From IMG/VR virus record IMGVR_UViG_3300025924_000017, positions 64,001 to 128,000 of that record: 64,000 bases of DNA; one strand, 5' to 3'. The DNA comes from a virus (Duplodnaviria; Caudoviricetes). Under the pieces are notes generated by a model. The model was not told the origin of the DNA. It worked only from the letters and a program-made list of their open reading frames with translations, and made no database searches. Shown here piece by piece: positions 52,239 through 63,217 of this stretch (within the stretch, counting starts at the first letter, position 1; each line of letters opens with the position of its first letter). Position numbers and translations under genes: made by a program.

Positions 52239-53858
52239 ATGAAGTCCATCAGCGACACCTTCAAAACCCATATTCAGGGTGAAGTCACCACTGTCTGCAC
52301 GTGCGTCAATATCATCCGCAGGGATGGCGCATCGTTCGGTCTGACCGATCACGATGATGTCGTGACGGTGAACGGTGTCCGCTATCTACCGTTCAACTCG
52401 TATGCGCGGTCGTCCGTTCAGACCACTTCCACGATGGAAGTGGACTCGATGGAAATCAACGGCATTTTGAACTCCGACGCTTTTGCGCGCACCGACATCG
52501 GCGGCGGTCTGTTCGATTTCGCTGAAGTGCACGTCTTCATCGTCAATTACAATGACCCCGACTCCGGTCAGTTGAATCTTCGCACCGGCTGGATCGGCGA
52601 GATCGAGCAGAACGAGGACAACTCTTTTCACGCGGAAATTCGAGGCCTTTCTCAGGTCTTCTCTTATCGCCTCGGCGAGCCTTACGCCCCCGAGTGCGCG
52701 GCCGACCTCGGCGACAACCGCTGCAAGATCGCCCTCGACCCGCCGTGGTGGAAGGCGCTTTGCCCGTTTCGCGCCGGTGACGTGGTCATTGGTCACATCA
52801 CGTCGGCCACCGATTATGTGAACGCCGATTCCAGCAACAACGACTTCTCGTCTCAGAGCGATGGCACTTCCGCGCGTCTCCCCGACGACTGGGTCACCTA
52901 CGGAAGCCCGGACGGCCAGTGGTTCTTCTCGTCCAGCTTTCACGGCCTGACATCGCCGCCCGGCGGTTCGTTGTTTGCCGCGATCACCGATCAGTTCGGC
53001 ACGAACGACACCGAATACCTCGGCATGTATCAGGACGTCGATCTTGTGGCATCCGGTCTTGTCACGGCCGACATCGACACCGGACTTTGCCGCATCGTCT
53101 TCAAGGGCTGGGTGGGCCTGAACGACTCTCAGGGGTTGGCCCAACTACGCCTCTTTGCGGTCGATGCGGGCGGCGTCCTGACGAACGTCTGGGACACCGG
53201 CATCCACGCGTATGCGCAGGACCGCTGGATCACGCTTTCCACCGACTCGACTCTGATCCCAGCAGGGACTCGGAAAATCCGCGTCGATTTCATGGGGAAG
53301 AAGCACGACCATCTCGGATATGGCGCCGCGTTTGGCGGCTACCAGATGGCGTTCAACGATCCTGACGGGACGTTCAATTCCGACGATCAGGCATCGGGCG
53401 TGATGTTTCAGGCCCAGAACGGCGGCGTCACCGGAGGTACGGAGCCAGCATTCTCGGCACTCCTTGGGGCCACCTACACGGACGGCACGATCACGTGGAA
53501 GTGCATCAAGTCGTTCAAGGATGTGACCACAGTTACGTCCCCGACATCCGGTCAGGCCTTCACAGCCACGCTCCCGCATCCCGATGGCTACTACGACGGC
53601 GGACTGCTGATCTGGGAAACGGGTTTGAACACCGGCCGCAACATGCAAGTGCGGACGTGGCTCTCGGGAACCGTCACGCTATTTGAGCGGACGTTCTTCG
53701 AGATCACCGCAGGTGACCGGTTCGTGATCCATCCGGGCTGCGACAAACGCCGCGAAACGTGCATCGGCACGTTCAACAATCTTCTCAACATTCGTGCCTT
53801 CCCCGATGTGCCGGGTCAGGACGCGTACATGCAAACACCGAACGCACCATCCAACTAA
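52239..53858 (+). CDS. Baseplate hub, GTA-like (DUF2163/BR0599) with large insertion
   Basis: GLTDHD, C.ADLGDNRC, GCDKRRETC...FNN..N.RAFPDVPG. Confidence 0.9.
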   Translation: MKSISDTFKTHIQGEVTTVCTCVNIIRRDGASFGLTDHDDVVTVNGVRYLPFNSYARSSVQTTSTMEVDSMEINGILNSDAFARTDIGGGLFDFAEVHVFIVNYNDPDSGQLNLRTGWIGEIEQNEDNSFHAEIRGLSQVFSYRLGEPYAPECAADLGDNRCKIALDPPWWKALCPFRAGDVVIGHITSATDYVNADSSNNDFSSQSDGTSARLPDDWVTYGSPDGQWFFSSSFHGLTSPPGGSLFAAITDQFGTNDTEYLGMYQDVDLVASGLVTADIDTGLCRIVFKGWVGLNDSQGLAQLRLFAVDAGGVLTNVWDTGIHAYAQDRWITLSTDSTLIPAGTRKIRVDFMGKKHDHLGYGAAFGGYQMAFNDPDGTFNSDDQASGVMFQAQNGGVTGGTEPAFSALLGATYTDGTITWKCIKSFKDVTTVTSPTSGQAFTATLPHPDGYYDGGLLIWETGLNTGRNMQVRTWLSGTVTLFERTFFEITAGDRFVIHPGCDKRRETCIGTFNNLLNIRAFPDVPGQDAYMQTPNAPSN

Positions 53859-53859
53859 A

Positions 53860-54285
53860 ATGAAACGTTCCGAAATCGTCGAAGAAGCACGCAAACACGT
53901 CGCTGCGAAAGCACGTTGGCGCAAGATGGGCCGCCGCCCGAACGGCATGGACTGTTATGGTCTGGTCGTTCTCGTGCGCGCCGCGTTTGGACTCAAATCA
54001 GAGGACTGGGAACGCTACACGAATTATCCGGATGCCGATCTCTTCATGGAACCCGGCAAGCGGATGTTCACGCAGGTTCACCCGCCGCTGAAAGACGGTC
54101 AACTGATCATCTTTCAGAACGGCAATCGGCCGTGCCATCTCGGCATCACTGCGACCGATCACTATGGACGCCGCTCGATCATCCATTGCGCTGCCAACAA
54201 CAAGTGGGCGCTCGAAGAAGCCTATGAGCCGACACTGAGCAAGCACTTCCGCGCGGTCTTCGATTTCCCCGGAGTTGAAGACTAA
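53860..54285 (+). CDS. Tail NlpC/P60 peptidase (TIGR02219-like)
   Basis: GMDCYGLV and HLGI motifs in GTA-like position. Confidence 0.85.
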   Translation: MKRSEIVEEARKHVAAKARWRKMGRRPNGMDCYGLVVLVRAAFGLKSEDWERYTNYPDADLFMEPGKRMFTQVHPPLKDGQLIIFQNGNRPCHLGITATDHYGRRSIIHCAANNKWALEEAYEPTLSKHFRAVFDFPGVED

Positions 54286-57200
54286 TGATGGGTGATCCCT
54301 TCTCGATGCTGGCGATGTTCGCGATCTCAACGGTCGCGAGCGGCATCATTTCATATCTGTTCCCGGCCGAAGGTCCGCGTCTCAAGGACCTCAGCGTTTC
54401 GGCATCCACTTACGGTAACCCGGTTCCGGAAGTGTGGGGAACCGTGCGCGTTGGCGGCAACATGATCTGGTCCGGTGGCATCATCGAGAACAAGCACAAA
54501 GCCAAGGCCGGTATCGGTCAATACTACAATCAGTACACCTACACGGCGAACTTCGCGATGGCCTTCTGCAAAGGGCCTGTGCAATCGCTTCGCCGCATCT
54601 GGGCAAACGGCAAGTTGATCTACGACGCGACGGGAAATTCCCGAAACGTCAACAATGGCAAATATGCCATCACGTTCTATCAGGGCACAGAAGATCAGAT
54701 GCCCGATCCGATCATCGAGGCGAAGGTCGGAAGCACAAACACGCCCGCCTATCGCGGCACCTGCTATATTCTCTTCCGCGATTTTCTCCTGACCGATTTC
54801 GGTAACCAGATTCCGCAGATCGCGGCAGAAATTTATGCCGGTCCAGCGGCGGGTGTTCCTTCGACTCCGTGGACCGTCGATGGAACGGTGCCGTTCACCG
54901 ACATCGAAGACGCCAGCAGCGGTATGGCCGTCGATTATGTGCGTGGATTTTTCTACGTCGTGCGCGACGACAATGCACTTGTGCGCATGCGTCTCTCTGA
55001 TGGAGAGATCGACGGCTTTGGCTACCCCGTAAGCGCAATCGATAACGATTGGACTTCCGGTAAGGTCTTCACTGCGGTTGGTATCGCCTATGATGGTTCA
55101 GTCACTTGCCAGTTCGGCGGCCTGACCAACTACACGCAATTCGGGCAAGTCGATCCGATCACGTTTTCAACCCTGAACAACATGGGTAAAGCCGTACCGT
55201 TCGACACCCTGTTCCCGAGTTATCTCAAATTCCCGCTGTGCGCAGACGTCGTCATGGACGTTACCGGAACGTCGTATCTCGGTCTCGGCTCATTCGGAGA
55301 AGTTATTTACATCTGGGACTGGACAAAGCCGCTTGTTACCGACCCCGGCGGCACTACCTATCCGCCAATCGGCAATTACTACACGTCCAAATGCGCTTGC
55401 GCGGGAGCGGAAGCCAATCAGTTTTACGTGGCGGCATGTAACCACGAAGGAACGATCACTTCTACGTCGTTCACCGTCTATTTTATGAACAATGGCGCAC
55501 CTGTTCCGTTTGTGACGTTTGCCGATCCGGACATCGGCAGCGGCTCAACAGACTTCAGTATCAAAGCAGTCGCGTACGATGCGGCCACCAACAGCCTCAT
55601 CATGATGTACGCCTCCTCCCTGCACAATTACGTTTCGAAGTTTTCGCTCGATACGAATTCGGCTGTGTGGGTGACGAAAGTTCCGTGGCTCCCGACCCAT
55701 GGATGGCGCGGTCAGAACTTCAACGGCAATCAGATCGCATGGACTGCGAACGGCTCGCTCTGGCTCATCGATATGAACACCGGCTTGTTCATCAATCGCT
55801 CTCCGGATCAGGCCGCCTATACTGATAACAACTGGCTGAATCACTCCGACGTAGACTACAGTAACCCGGGCGAAAATGGCTACGTCATCCTCACGCTGCC
55901 CGCAATCGCAGGTGAGGGCCATCAGGTTTATGACGGAACGAGTGGCGCGCTTGTCGTACTGCGTGCAGGAACGAGCGGTGTCTCGCTTGTCATCAGCGCA
56001 AATGCCTACGGGAGTACGGCGGTCACGCTGGCCGACATCCTGACGTCACTTATGCTTTCCGCCGGACTCAGTTACGACCAATTCGACGTGTCGGCTGGCA
56101 TCTCTATTGCTGTGTCCGGTTACGGTTTTGCCGAACAGACTGATATCAAGGGCATCATCTCCCAGCTTCAGTCGATCTATCTCTTCGACTTCTTTGAGCG
56201 TGACGGAAAGCTTGTGCTCGTGATGCGCGGCGGTGACACGTCGGTCGAGACCATCAGCTACAAGGCTCTCGGCTCGCCCGGCGGCAGCAGCGCGGATACC
56301 TCCGATTTCTGGAAAGAGTCCAGACTTTCGGAAGCAGACATCCCGGCGTCGATGAGTTTGAAGTATCTGAATATCGATCAGGACTTCGAGGAGAACACCG
56401 CAACATCAAAGCGTATCCTTGCGCCGGTTCCGACTGTGTTTTCGCGCCAGCAGGACACTGTTGAGGCGAACCTCGTTCTCGACGCCACGGAAGCCAAGAA
56501 TCGCGTCAACGCGATGCTCTACACGACATGGGCAGAGCGCACCAAGCACGCCACGCGGCTGCCGTTGGCATACGCTTATCTCGAACCTTCCGATCTGATC
56601 ACGGTCAATCTCGCTGATGGCCGTTCGTATTTCGAGCGTATCGAGCGCACGGAAATGGGCGCGGATTACACGACCGAGGCGGATACGCTGGGGCAGGACT
56701 CCGGCACATACACTTTCAACCTCACGGGCGACGGCGGTAACGGGCAGGGTCAAACGCTTCAGCCCCCTTTGCCTGCACGCGCCTTCATCTTCAATACTCC
56801 GTACCTCCGCGACATCGACAACGTCGGCGATGGCAATTTCTCCATCTACTACACGGGTGTCGGCAATCTGGCCCCGAGTGGCTACAACGGTACGACCTTG
56901 TTCGTATCGCTGGACGCGAACAGCTATTCCATTTTGCAGGTATTCCCCCGCGATATGGAATGGGGAAGAGTCACGACCGCAACGCCCGATGCCGCCAACG
57001 GGTGCTACGCGCTCGATTGGAAGACGCAGATCATCATCTACCCGGCGATTACGTCTTTCGATCTTCAGTCCGTCACCGATGACGAACTCATGCTCGGCGC
57101 GAATATGTTCATTCTCGGTGACGAGGTGATGCAGTTCCGCGATGCGGTGCAAAACAGCGACGGCACGTGGACGATCTCGAATCTGCTGCGCGGCCGTCGT

Positions 57201-58058
57201 GGCACCGAGTGGGCGTGCGCAACGCACCAAGCAAATGAATCCTTTGTGTTCCTCTCGACCGACACGATGGCGGTCTCGCAGAATGGCCTCGACGCCGGAA
57301 ACAAGAACTATTGGTACAAAGCAGTCGGAACCGGCATGGATGTCGGGACGGCAATCGTTACCCAGATCACTTACGAGCCCCGCGATCTGATGCCCTATGC
57401 ACCGTGCCAGTTGGACGCGGCGTGGAGTGGCGCGGACATTCGCCTGACCTTCCAGCGGCGCACGCGTTACGGCGGCGAAATGATGGATGGTACAGGCACA
57501 GTACCGCTCAATGAGACCAAGGAAGCGTATGAGATCGACATCTACGATCCTGACACCGGTGATGTGGTTCGCACGCTTTCCGTCGATAATGGTACGACGC
57601 CCGTCGATTTCCCGTATGTGATCTATTCAGCGGCCGATGTCGCTGCCGACTTCACCTCGGAACTTACTGAGATCACCTTCGAGGTTTATCAGTTGGGTAT
57701 CACGGGGCGTGGTTTTGGAACGAAGAAGACGATCACGATTTCCGGCACGCCTTCGCCGACTGCCCGTTACTGGGGCGCCTCGGCTCTCGCGTCGTTGGCC
57801 GAATCCGACATTCTCGCGCTGAGCGATACCGATCTCGCAACAACCTTCGACAATACCGTCACGTACAATTGTTCGGGTAGCAAGTATTTCTATTTCTGCT
57901 ACCCGGCGACGTTCGGGACGCCCGACCACGTCGTCGTGAATGGCTTGCCGTTCTCTGCCTTCAGCGTGACGACGGTCAGTGTCGGTGGGACCTCCTACAA
58001 CGTTCTGCGCTCGGACACGCTTCAGTCCGGCGCCTCAATTCCGGTGACTTGGGCCTAA
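54285..58058 (+). CDS. Central tail tip/host specificity protein (GTA gp15-like)
   Basis: STYG.PVPEVWGTVRVGGNMIW, PAYRG.CY, LLRGRRGTE motifs. Confidence 0.9.
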   Translation: MMGDPFSMLAMFAISTVASGIISYLFPAEGPRLKDLSVSASTYGNPVPEVWGTVRVGGNMIWSGGIIENKHKAKAGIGQYYNQYTYTANFAMAFCKGPVQSLRRIWANGKLIYDATGNSRNVNNGKYAITFYQGTEDQMPDPIIEAKVGSTNTPAYRGTCYILFRDFLLTDFGNQIPQIAAEIYAGPAAGVPSTPWTVDGTVPFTDIEDASSGMAVDYVRGFFYVVRDDNALVRMRLSDGEIDGFGYPVSAIDNDWTSGKVFTAVGIAYDGSVTCQFGGLTNYTQFGQVDPITFSTLNNMGKAVPFDTLFPSYLKFPLCADVVMDVTGTSYLGLGSFGEVIYIWDWTKPLVTDPGGTTYPPIGNYYTSKCACAGAEANQFYVAACNHEGTITSTSFTVYFMNNGAPVPFVTFADPDIGSGSTDFSIKAVAYDAATNSLIMMYASSLHNYVSKFSLDTNSAVWVTKVPWLPTHGWRGQNFNGNQIAWTANGSLWLIDMNTGLFINRSPDQAAYTDNNWLNHSDVDYSNPGENGYVILTLPAIAGEGHQVYDGTSGALVVLRAGTSGVSLVISANAYGSTAVTLADILTSLMLSAGLSYDQFDVSAGISIAVSGYGFAEQTDIKGIISQLQSIYLFDFFERDGKLVLVMRGGDTSVETISYKALGSPGGSSADTSDFWKESRLSEADIPASMSLKYLNIDQDFEENTATSKRILAPVPTVFSRQQDTVEANLVLDATEAKNRVNAMLYTTWAERTKHATRLPLAYAYLEPSDLITVNLADGRSYFERIERTEMGADYTTEADTLGQDSGTYTFNLTGDGGNGQGQTLQPPLPARAFIFNTPYLRDIDNVGDGNFSIYYTGVGNLAPSGYNGTTLFVSLDANSYSILQVFPRDMEWGRVTTATPDAANGCYALDWKTQIIIYPAITSFDLQSVTDDELMLGANMFILGDEVMQFRDAVQNSDGTWTISNLLRGRRGTEWACATHQANESFVFLSTDTMAVSQNGLDAGNKNYWYKAVGTGMDVGTAIVTQITYEPRDLMPYAPCQLDAAWSGADIRLTFQRRTRYGGEMMDGTGTVPLNETKEAYEIDIYDPDTGDVVRTLSVDNGTTPVDFPYVIYSAADVAADFTSELTEITFEVYQLGITGRGFGTKKTITISGTPSPTARYWGASALASLAESDILALSDTDLATTFDNTVTYNCSGSKYFYFCYPATFGTPDHVVVNGLPFSAFSVTTVSVGGTSYNVLRSDTLQSGASIPVTWA

Positions 58059-58640
58059 ATGTCAGCAGTTAAAGGTACAAACGTCGCGGCGCCGGTGGTG
58101 CCGTTCGATACGGACGATATCTATCCCACCCATGACGAGCAGTACGGCAAGGGAGGCTTTCGCGCGGTCGCGGATACAACCGCACGCGACGCGATCCCTG
58201 ATGAACGCCGCACTGAGGGCATGCTTGTTTACGTCGTCGCGGACGCAACCACGTATCAACTCGAAGCCGATCTCACGACGTGGGATACCTACTCACCCGG
58301 CAGCACGACCCATTACGACATCGGCTTCTTCTGGCCCGGACAGCCCGACGACGGCGAATTCATTCTCGAATTTGAAATGGTGCGGGCCGTCACGTTTGCA
58401 TCCGGCCTGACAAACAGCAAATTCAAGATCAAGACCAACCCCACCGCGACGATGACGTTCGCCCTCAGCAAGAATGGCTCCTCTATTGGCAGCGTCGCAT
58501 TCAGCACTTCCGGTACCCCAACCGTCACGTTCGCCTCATCTGTGACGTTCGCAGCGGGCGATACCTTCGGCATCCAAGCGCCGTCCCCGCAAGACACCAC
58601 CGGCGCTGACATCTCCTTCACCTTCGTTGGAACGCTTTAA
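58059..58640 (+). CDS. Tail tip/fibre adaptor protein
   Basis: GTNVAAPVVPFDT.D.YPTH...GKGG motif; C-terminal beta domain shared with ORF 61719. Confidence 0.7.
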   Translation: MSAVKGTNVAAPVVPFDTDDIYPTHDEQYGKGGFRAVADTTARDAIPDERRTEGMLVYVVADATTYQLEADLTTWDTYSPGSTTHYDIGFFWPGQPDDGEFILEFEMVRAVTFASGLTNSKFKIKTNPTATMTFALSKNGSSIGSVAFSTSGTPTVTFASSVTFAAGDTFGIQAPSPQDTTGADISFTFVGTL

Positions 58641-60160
58641 TGTCTCTTATCCATCGCGACTCATTCGATTTCGCGGCCACGCCCGCCGATCTGGCCCTCA
58701 ATCATTGGGACATCGCCGACACGACGCAAATGTCGCTCAGCACGGCCACGCCGTTCGGCGTCGGCCAATGCGTCGCGTTCGGAACCGGCTCCGGCTCGGG
58801 TCAGGTTCAACTTTCCAAGAGTTTCGGTTCGAACGAGACGACTGTCTATATCGGCGGTCGCCATATCTATCCGGCCTCATTCGGCGGCACGTCGGAATTC
58901 GTCGCTTATCGCCTCTACGATGGTGCGACGGTTCAATGCTCGATCAGTTTCAAATCCAACGGCGATATTCTGTTCTATCGCGGCGACCGCTCGACACTGC
59001 TCGGCACATATACGGTGGGGTGGTCCCAAAATACATGGACTCACTTCCAATTCAAGGTGGTGATCGACGGCACCAACGGCGAATTTCATGTGCGCAAGAA
59101 CGGCGCGACTTCCGACGACTACTCGTTGACGACTGTCAACAACAAGTCGTCCTCAAACGCTTATGCGAACAAATGGGATGCCTACAAGACGGTCGCATCG
59201 CCTACTGCAAATCTGCGCATCGACGATTTTGCCCTCTGGTCCGGTTCCGGCTCGGGTAATTGGAGTAGCTGGATGGGTGACTTCCGCGCCGTGCAGATCA
59301 TGCCGAACGCGGATACGGCGCAGAAGCAGTTCACACCCGCCACATCCACTGTGACGGTCGGTCAAGCCTTGACAGGCAACACGCGTAGCTTGTCGGCGAA
59401 CAACCAGTACGCACTCCAAAAGATCGCAAATACGATCCCCGGAACGATCAGCAAAGTCACGCTGAACTTCAACGCGTCGATGACGGGCCATATCGTCATG
59501 GGTATTTACGACGACACAGGCACGTCCGGGTCTCCGGGGGCTCTGATTACAAACGGCACGTCGAATGTGGTGACAAATCCCGCGACGGGCTTGGTGGACT
59601 TTACGTTCAGCACGCCGCCTTCGGTCTTAGCCAACAAGAATTATTGGGTTGTCGTCCTCGCCGACGCTGCGTTCACGATCAAATCGGACAACGGTTTGTG
59701 GAACGTGTGGCTTGAGAGCCGCAGCTATTCGTCGGGCCTCGATAGTCCGATGGCGCCGACAGCGAACAACAACGTGCCGCTCGCTTACGTCGCCATGGCA
59801 ATCACGCCGAGCGGTAACTTCGCCTATGTGCAGGAGCTTATCGAAGACGGTGTGGTGAGCTATCTGCAAGACTCGACAGCCGGTGATTACGATCTCTATT
59901 CCAATCCGGGTCTCGCAACGACGCCATCTGCTATCCTCGGCGTGTCGATCCGCGCGTTCTTGGGTAAGTCGGACGCCGGTGCGCGTACCGGAACCGTCCG
60001 CATCAAGTCGGGCGCGACTTCGGTCGATGGAACGACGCTGACACTGTCCACGGCGATGCAGAACCTCGTGATGTATCAAGATACCGACCCTGCAACGAGT
60101 GCCGCTTGGACAGCAACCGGCGTCGCCAATCTTGAGTTTGGTCCCAAAGTCGTCAGCTAA
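58640..60160 (+). CDS. Putative tail/receptor-binding protein
   Basis: TAATG coupling; beta-rich; MGDFRAVQIMPNAD motif. Confidence 0.7.
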   Translation: MSLIHRDSFDFAATPADLALNHWDIADTTQMSLSTATPFGVGQCVAFGTGSGSGQVQLSKSFGSNETTVYIGGRHIYPASFGGTSEFVAYRLYDGATVQCSISFKSNGDILFYRGDRSTLLGTYTVGWSQNTWTHFQFKVVIDGTNGEFHVRKNGATSDDYSLTTVNNKSSSNAYANKWDAYKTVASPTANLRIDDFALWSGSGSGNWSSWMGDFRAVQIMPNADTAQKQFTPATSTVTVGQALTGNTRSLSANNQYALQKIANTIPGTISKVTLNFNASMTGHIVMGIYDDTGTSGSPGALITNGTSNVVTNPATGLVDFTFSTPPSVLANKNYWVVVLADAAFTIKSDNGLWNVWLESRSYSSGLDSPMAPTANNNVPLAYVAMAITPSGNFAYVQELIEDGVVSYLQDSTAGDYDLYSNPGLATTPSAILGVSIRAFLGKSDAGARTGTVRIKSGATSVDGTTLTLSTAMQNLVMYQDTDPATSAAWTATGVANLEFGPKVVS

Positions 60161-60163
60161 TCC

Positions 60164-61633
60164 ATGACACTCGCAGTCGTCCAACACGCAACTGGGCATG
60201 GCGCGAACAACGGCGCGCCTATGGGTTCGATCACGCTCGGCTCGACGCCGACTGTGGGGAACCTGCTGATTGCATTTGTCGGATGTAACATCGCACGCAA
60301 CAGCGTGACACTTGCCAATGGCTGGAAGTCGTTTGCGATCAGCGAATCTGAGACCGAGGGTGCAGTCGAGTGGGGTCTCTATCGCTATGTGCAGTCCGGC
60401 GATACCACCGCACTCCCATCTTTCGCATCCGCCGGTAACACGTATTGGGGCGGCTCCGTTCAAGAGATCAGCGGCGTCACGGGAACATGGGCCACCGACT
60501 GCCACAGCGTGAGCATGCGCTACTCAAGCGGCGCTTCGAGTCTGGCAACACCGACAATGCGGACCGACGTGGCGAACGCGCTCGTTCTGGTCGGCTTCGC
60601 ACAATACAATGGCAACGGCACCTCGACGTTTTCGAGCGGCTGGACGAGTGACGAAAGTACGTCCAACAACGCGACCTATGGTGCCTATGGCTGCGCCCAT
60701 CAAGCGGTCGCAACAGCAGGGACGACACTCAACTGCACGGTCACGTTTCCGGGATCGAGTGGACCGGCTGGCGTCATTCAACTCGTGCTCGCCGGGTCTC
60801 AACCGACGCACTACACGATCCGTCAGTCGAAGATCAAAGCAGCGAGCGGCACGCCGGGCTCCATCAATCTCGACATGGACCCGCTGCCGGGCAATTTGAT
60901 CGTTGCATTCCTGAGTTGGGGGAATGGTAGTTCGACGAACCCGACGATTGGTACAAGTTGGACCGATCAGGATGATGTGAGCGGCACGACCAAGCAAATG
61001 CTGCTCCTCTATCGGTACGCAGTGTCCGGCGACACACTCGCGCTGCCCGCACTCGCGACAGCGGGAAGTGCGTTCTGGTGCGTCACGATTCACGAGATCA
61101 GCGGCACGACAGGCGCGTGGTCCACGGACTCATTCAGCATCACCCACGTTCGTCAAGCGAGCGGCACGACTCTTACATCGTCTTCGGATGCTGTGCCTGC
61201 CAATGCCCTCGTGCTGTCCAGCTTCTCGAATTACGACGGCAGTAGTCTGCTGTCGTTCTCGAACGGCGATGTCGTTTTGCCCGGCGTTGATTTCGGCGAT
61301 TACGGGTCGTGGGCCACGGTCCAGAAGTTCTTTTCTACGTCAGGAACGTTCTCCTCAATCTGCACGATGTCCTCCTCGGGAAATCCGCAGGCCAACATCC
61401 AGTTGATCCTCGGCTCCGGTGCGACCGGTCCGACGAACATGAATGTGACGCAGATCGGCTTGGAGGTTTGGGATACCACCACTCCTTCGGCGCAGTTCAC
61501 GCAGATCGGCCTTGAAGTCTGGCGTTCCACCGACGACGGAACGACCGTCATGGTTGCCACGCAGATCGGTGCCGAACTCTGGATCGCACATAGTTCCAAG
61601 AAACGACGCGGCGTCTTGATCATCATGTGTTAG
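60164..61633 (+). CDS. Putative tail/receptor-binding protein with internal duplication
   Basis: Two GNL(L/I).AF...YRY..SGDT.ALP domains; TQIG(L/A)E(V/L)W x3 at C-terminus. Confidence 0.7.
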   Translation: MTLAVVQHATGHGANNGAPMGSITLGSTPTVGNLLIAFVGCNIARNSVTLANGWKSFAISESETEGAVEWGLYRYVQSGDTTALPSFASAGNTYWGGSVQEISGVTGTWATDCHSVSMRYSSGASSLATPTMRTDVANALVLVGFAQYNGNGTSTFSSGWTSDESTSNNATYGAYGCAHQAVATAGTTLNCTVTFPGSSGPAGVIQLVLAGSQPTHYTIRQSKIKAASGTPGSINLDMDPLPGNLIVAFLSWGNGSSTNPTIGTSWTDQDDVSGTTKQMLLLYRYAVSGDTLALPALATAGSAFWCVTIHEISGTTGAWSTDSFSITHVRQASGTTLTSSSDAVPANALVLSSFSNYDGSSLLSFSNGDVVLPGVDFGDYGSWATVQKFFSTSGTFSSICTMSSSGNPQANIQLILGSGATGPTNMNVTQIGLEVWDTTTPSAQFTQIGLEVWRSTDDGTTVMVATQIGAELWIAHSSKKRRGVLIIMC

Positions 61634-61648
61634 CCCGGAATGGCGACG

Positions 61649-61690
61649 GACTGCCGCAATTCTTGACAATCCATGATTTCCCTTTAGTTT
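61649..61690 (+). promoter_or_regulatory. Promoter-like site
   Basis: GACTGCCGCAATTCTTGACA identical to 42644. Confidence 0.6.
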
Positions 61691-61718
61691 CAACCCCCTC
61701 TCACAGAGTACGAGTTTT

Positions 61719-62579
61719 ATGACTGACTACACACCCATCCTCAACATCGCCGAAGTGGCTTCCAACCAGAATCAGAAGGAAGTGACGATCAATACGGCGG
61801 TCGCGATCTTGGAGGCGGCTTCGAACGACGGCCTCCCCATCAGTCTGGCGAGCGCAGATCACTCGTTGACAATCGACGAGTTCACGAAGAACTTCATTTT
61901 CATTCTCTCCGGCAACACTGCCGCCCGCAACCTGAACACACCGGCGGCGTCAGGCTCCTTCACCGGCAAACGCGCCTTCCTCGTGTCGAATACCGGAAGC
62001 CACGCCGTCACGGTCAAACCCGGCGGCTCCGGCACCGGCGATGCAACTGTTACGGCGGGGCAGGCGGCGTTTCTTTATTGCGACGGCACCACGATCACGG
62101 TTCTCTCCAGCGGTGCGGCGCCGGTCGCGGGCGCGTCATTCACGTCGCTGAGCGATGTTCCAAGCAGCTACTCAACGGACGGCCTTAAAGGCGTTCGCGT
62201 CAAGACGACAGAAGACGGGTTGGAGTTCTTTGTGATCCCCGCAAGTCTCGGGTTCTCGATCTCCGGAAAACCTGACGCTTCGCAGGTGATCAACCTTGGC
62301 GTCACACAGTCTTGGAAACTGTCCATCGGTCTTCCCGGAAGTGTGTTCTTTACCGGGACCGATCCGGCAGCCACGACCGTCTACAATTTCAACAAGATCA
62401 GTGGCGGCACCATCACTTCCATCGGCTCGGTGTCCATCGCGAACACCGGCATCGCAACTGTGACGTTCGCATCCGCTGTGACGTTCGCAGCGGGCGATAT
62501 CCTCCAGATCGTATGCCCGTCATCGCAAGACTCGGCGTGCGCGAATGTCAGCATGACGTTCAAGGGTACCTTGCAGTAA
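61719..62579 (+). CDS. Tail fibre adaptor protein
   Basis: TP.L....VA.NQ.QKEVTIN.A...LE N-terminus; C-terminal domain paralogous to ORF 58059. Confidence 0.7.
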   Translation: MTDYTPILNIAEVASNQNQKEVTINTAVAILEAASNDGLPISLASADHSLTIDEFTKNFIFILSGNTAARNLNTPAASGSFTGKRAFLVSNTGSHAVTVKPGGSGTGDATVTAGQAAFLYCDGTTITVLSSGAAPVAGASFTSLSDVPSSYSTDGLKGVRVKTTEDGLEFFVIPASLGFSISGKPDASQVINLGVTQSWKLSIGLPGSVFFTGTDPAATTVYNFNKISGGTITSIGSVSIANTGIATVTFASAVTFAAGDILQIVCPSSQDSACANVSMTFKGTLQ

Positions 62580-63217
62580 TGTCTCTCGCTGTCGTTCAGA
62601 CCTGCTATAAGAAGACGATCTTCGTCAACCACGACGTGACGTTCTCGTCGCCGGTCACGGCTGGCAATCTGCTGATCCTGTTCATCAACAACCTCGCGAC
62701 CGCCCAACTGTCGGCTGATTGGCAGCCTCTCGACGACACAGGCAACTTTCTGATTGCAGGCCGCATCGCTCTGTCAGGCGACGGGACAACGCCTCCGCCT
62801 TACTGGGTCGAGACGAGTAACATCGCAAGCGCGATCTGCGTTGAGGTGAGCGGATTCACGGGTACGATCACCAGCGCTTTCGAAGGGCTCACCACATCGA
62901 CCGCGCCCAACTTCAATGGTCCGGCGACCGCCAACAACAACGATCTCGCCTTCTGCGCGTGGGTTCAAGGCTCAGGTTTCGGAACTTACACGCCCGGTTC
63001 CGGCTGGACGAACCTACACTACAGCGGTAACGAGAGCATGGGAGTGGATTACCAGATCGTGCCCACCGCCGGGACTGTCCCGATTGACAACTCCAACAAC
63101 AGCGTTGGCGGAAACGCCGGTAAGTGGTCTTTGCCTATTTTTGGCCTCGGAAGTGGTGGTGGCGGAGGCGGCGGCTCCGGCAAGAACCGTCTGGTGACGG
63201 CCTCTATGGGTTTCTAG
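62579..63217 (+). CDS. Putative tail/receptor-binding protein
   Basis: TAATG coupling; N-terminus paralogous to ORF 60164. Confidence 0.65.
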   Translation: MSLAVVQTCYKKTIFVNHDVTFSSPVTAGNLLILFINNLATAQLSADWQPLDDTGNFLIAGRIALSGDGTTPPPYWVETSNIASAICVEVSGFTGTITSAFEGLTTSTAPNFNGPATANNNDLAFCAWVQGSGFGTYTPGSGWTNLHYSGNESMGVDYQIVPTAGTVPIDNSNNSVGGNAGKWSLPIFGLGSGGGGGGGSGKNRLVTASMGF

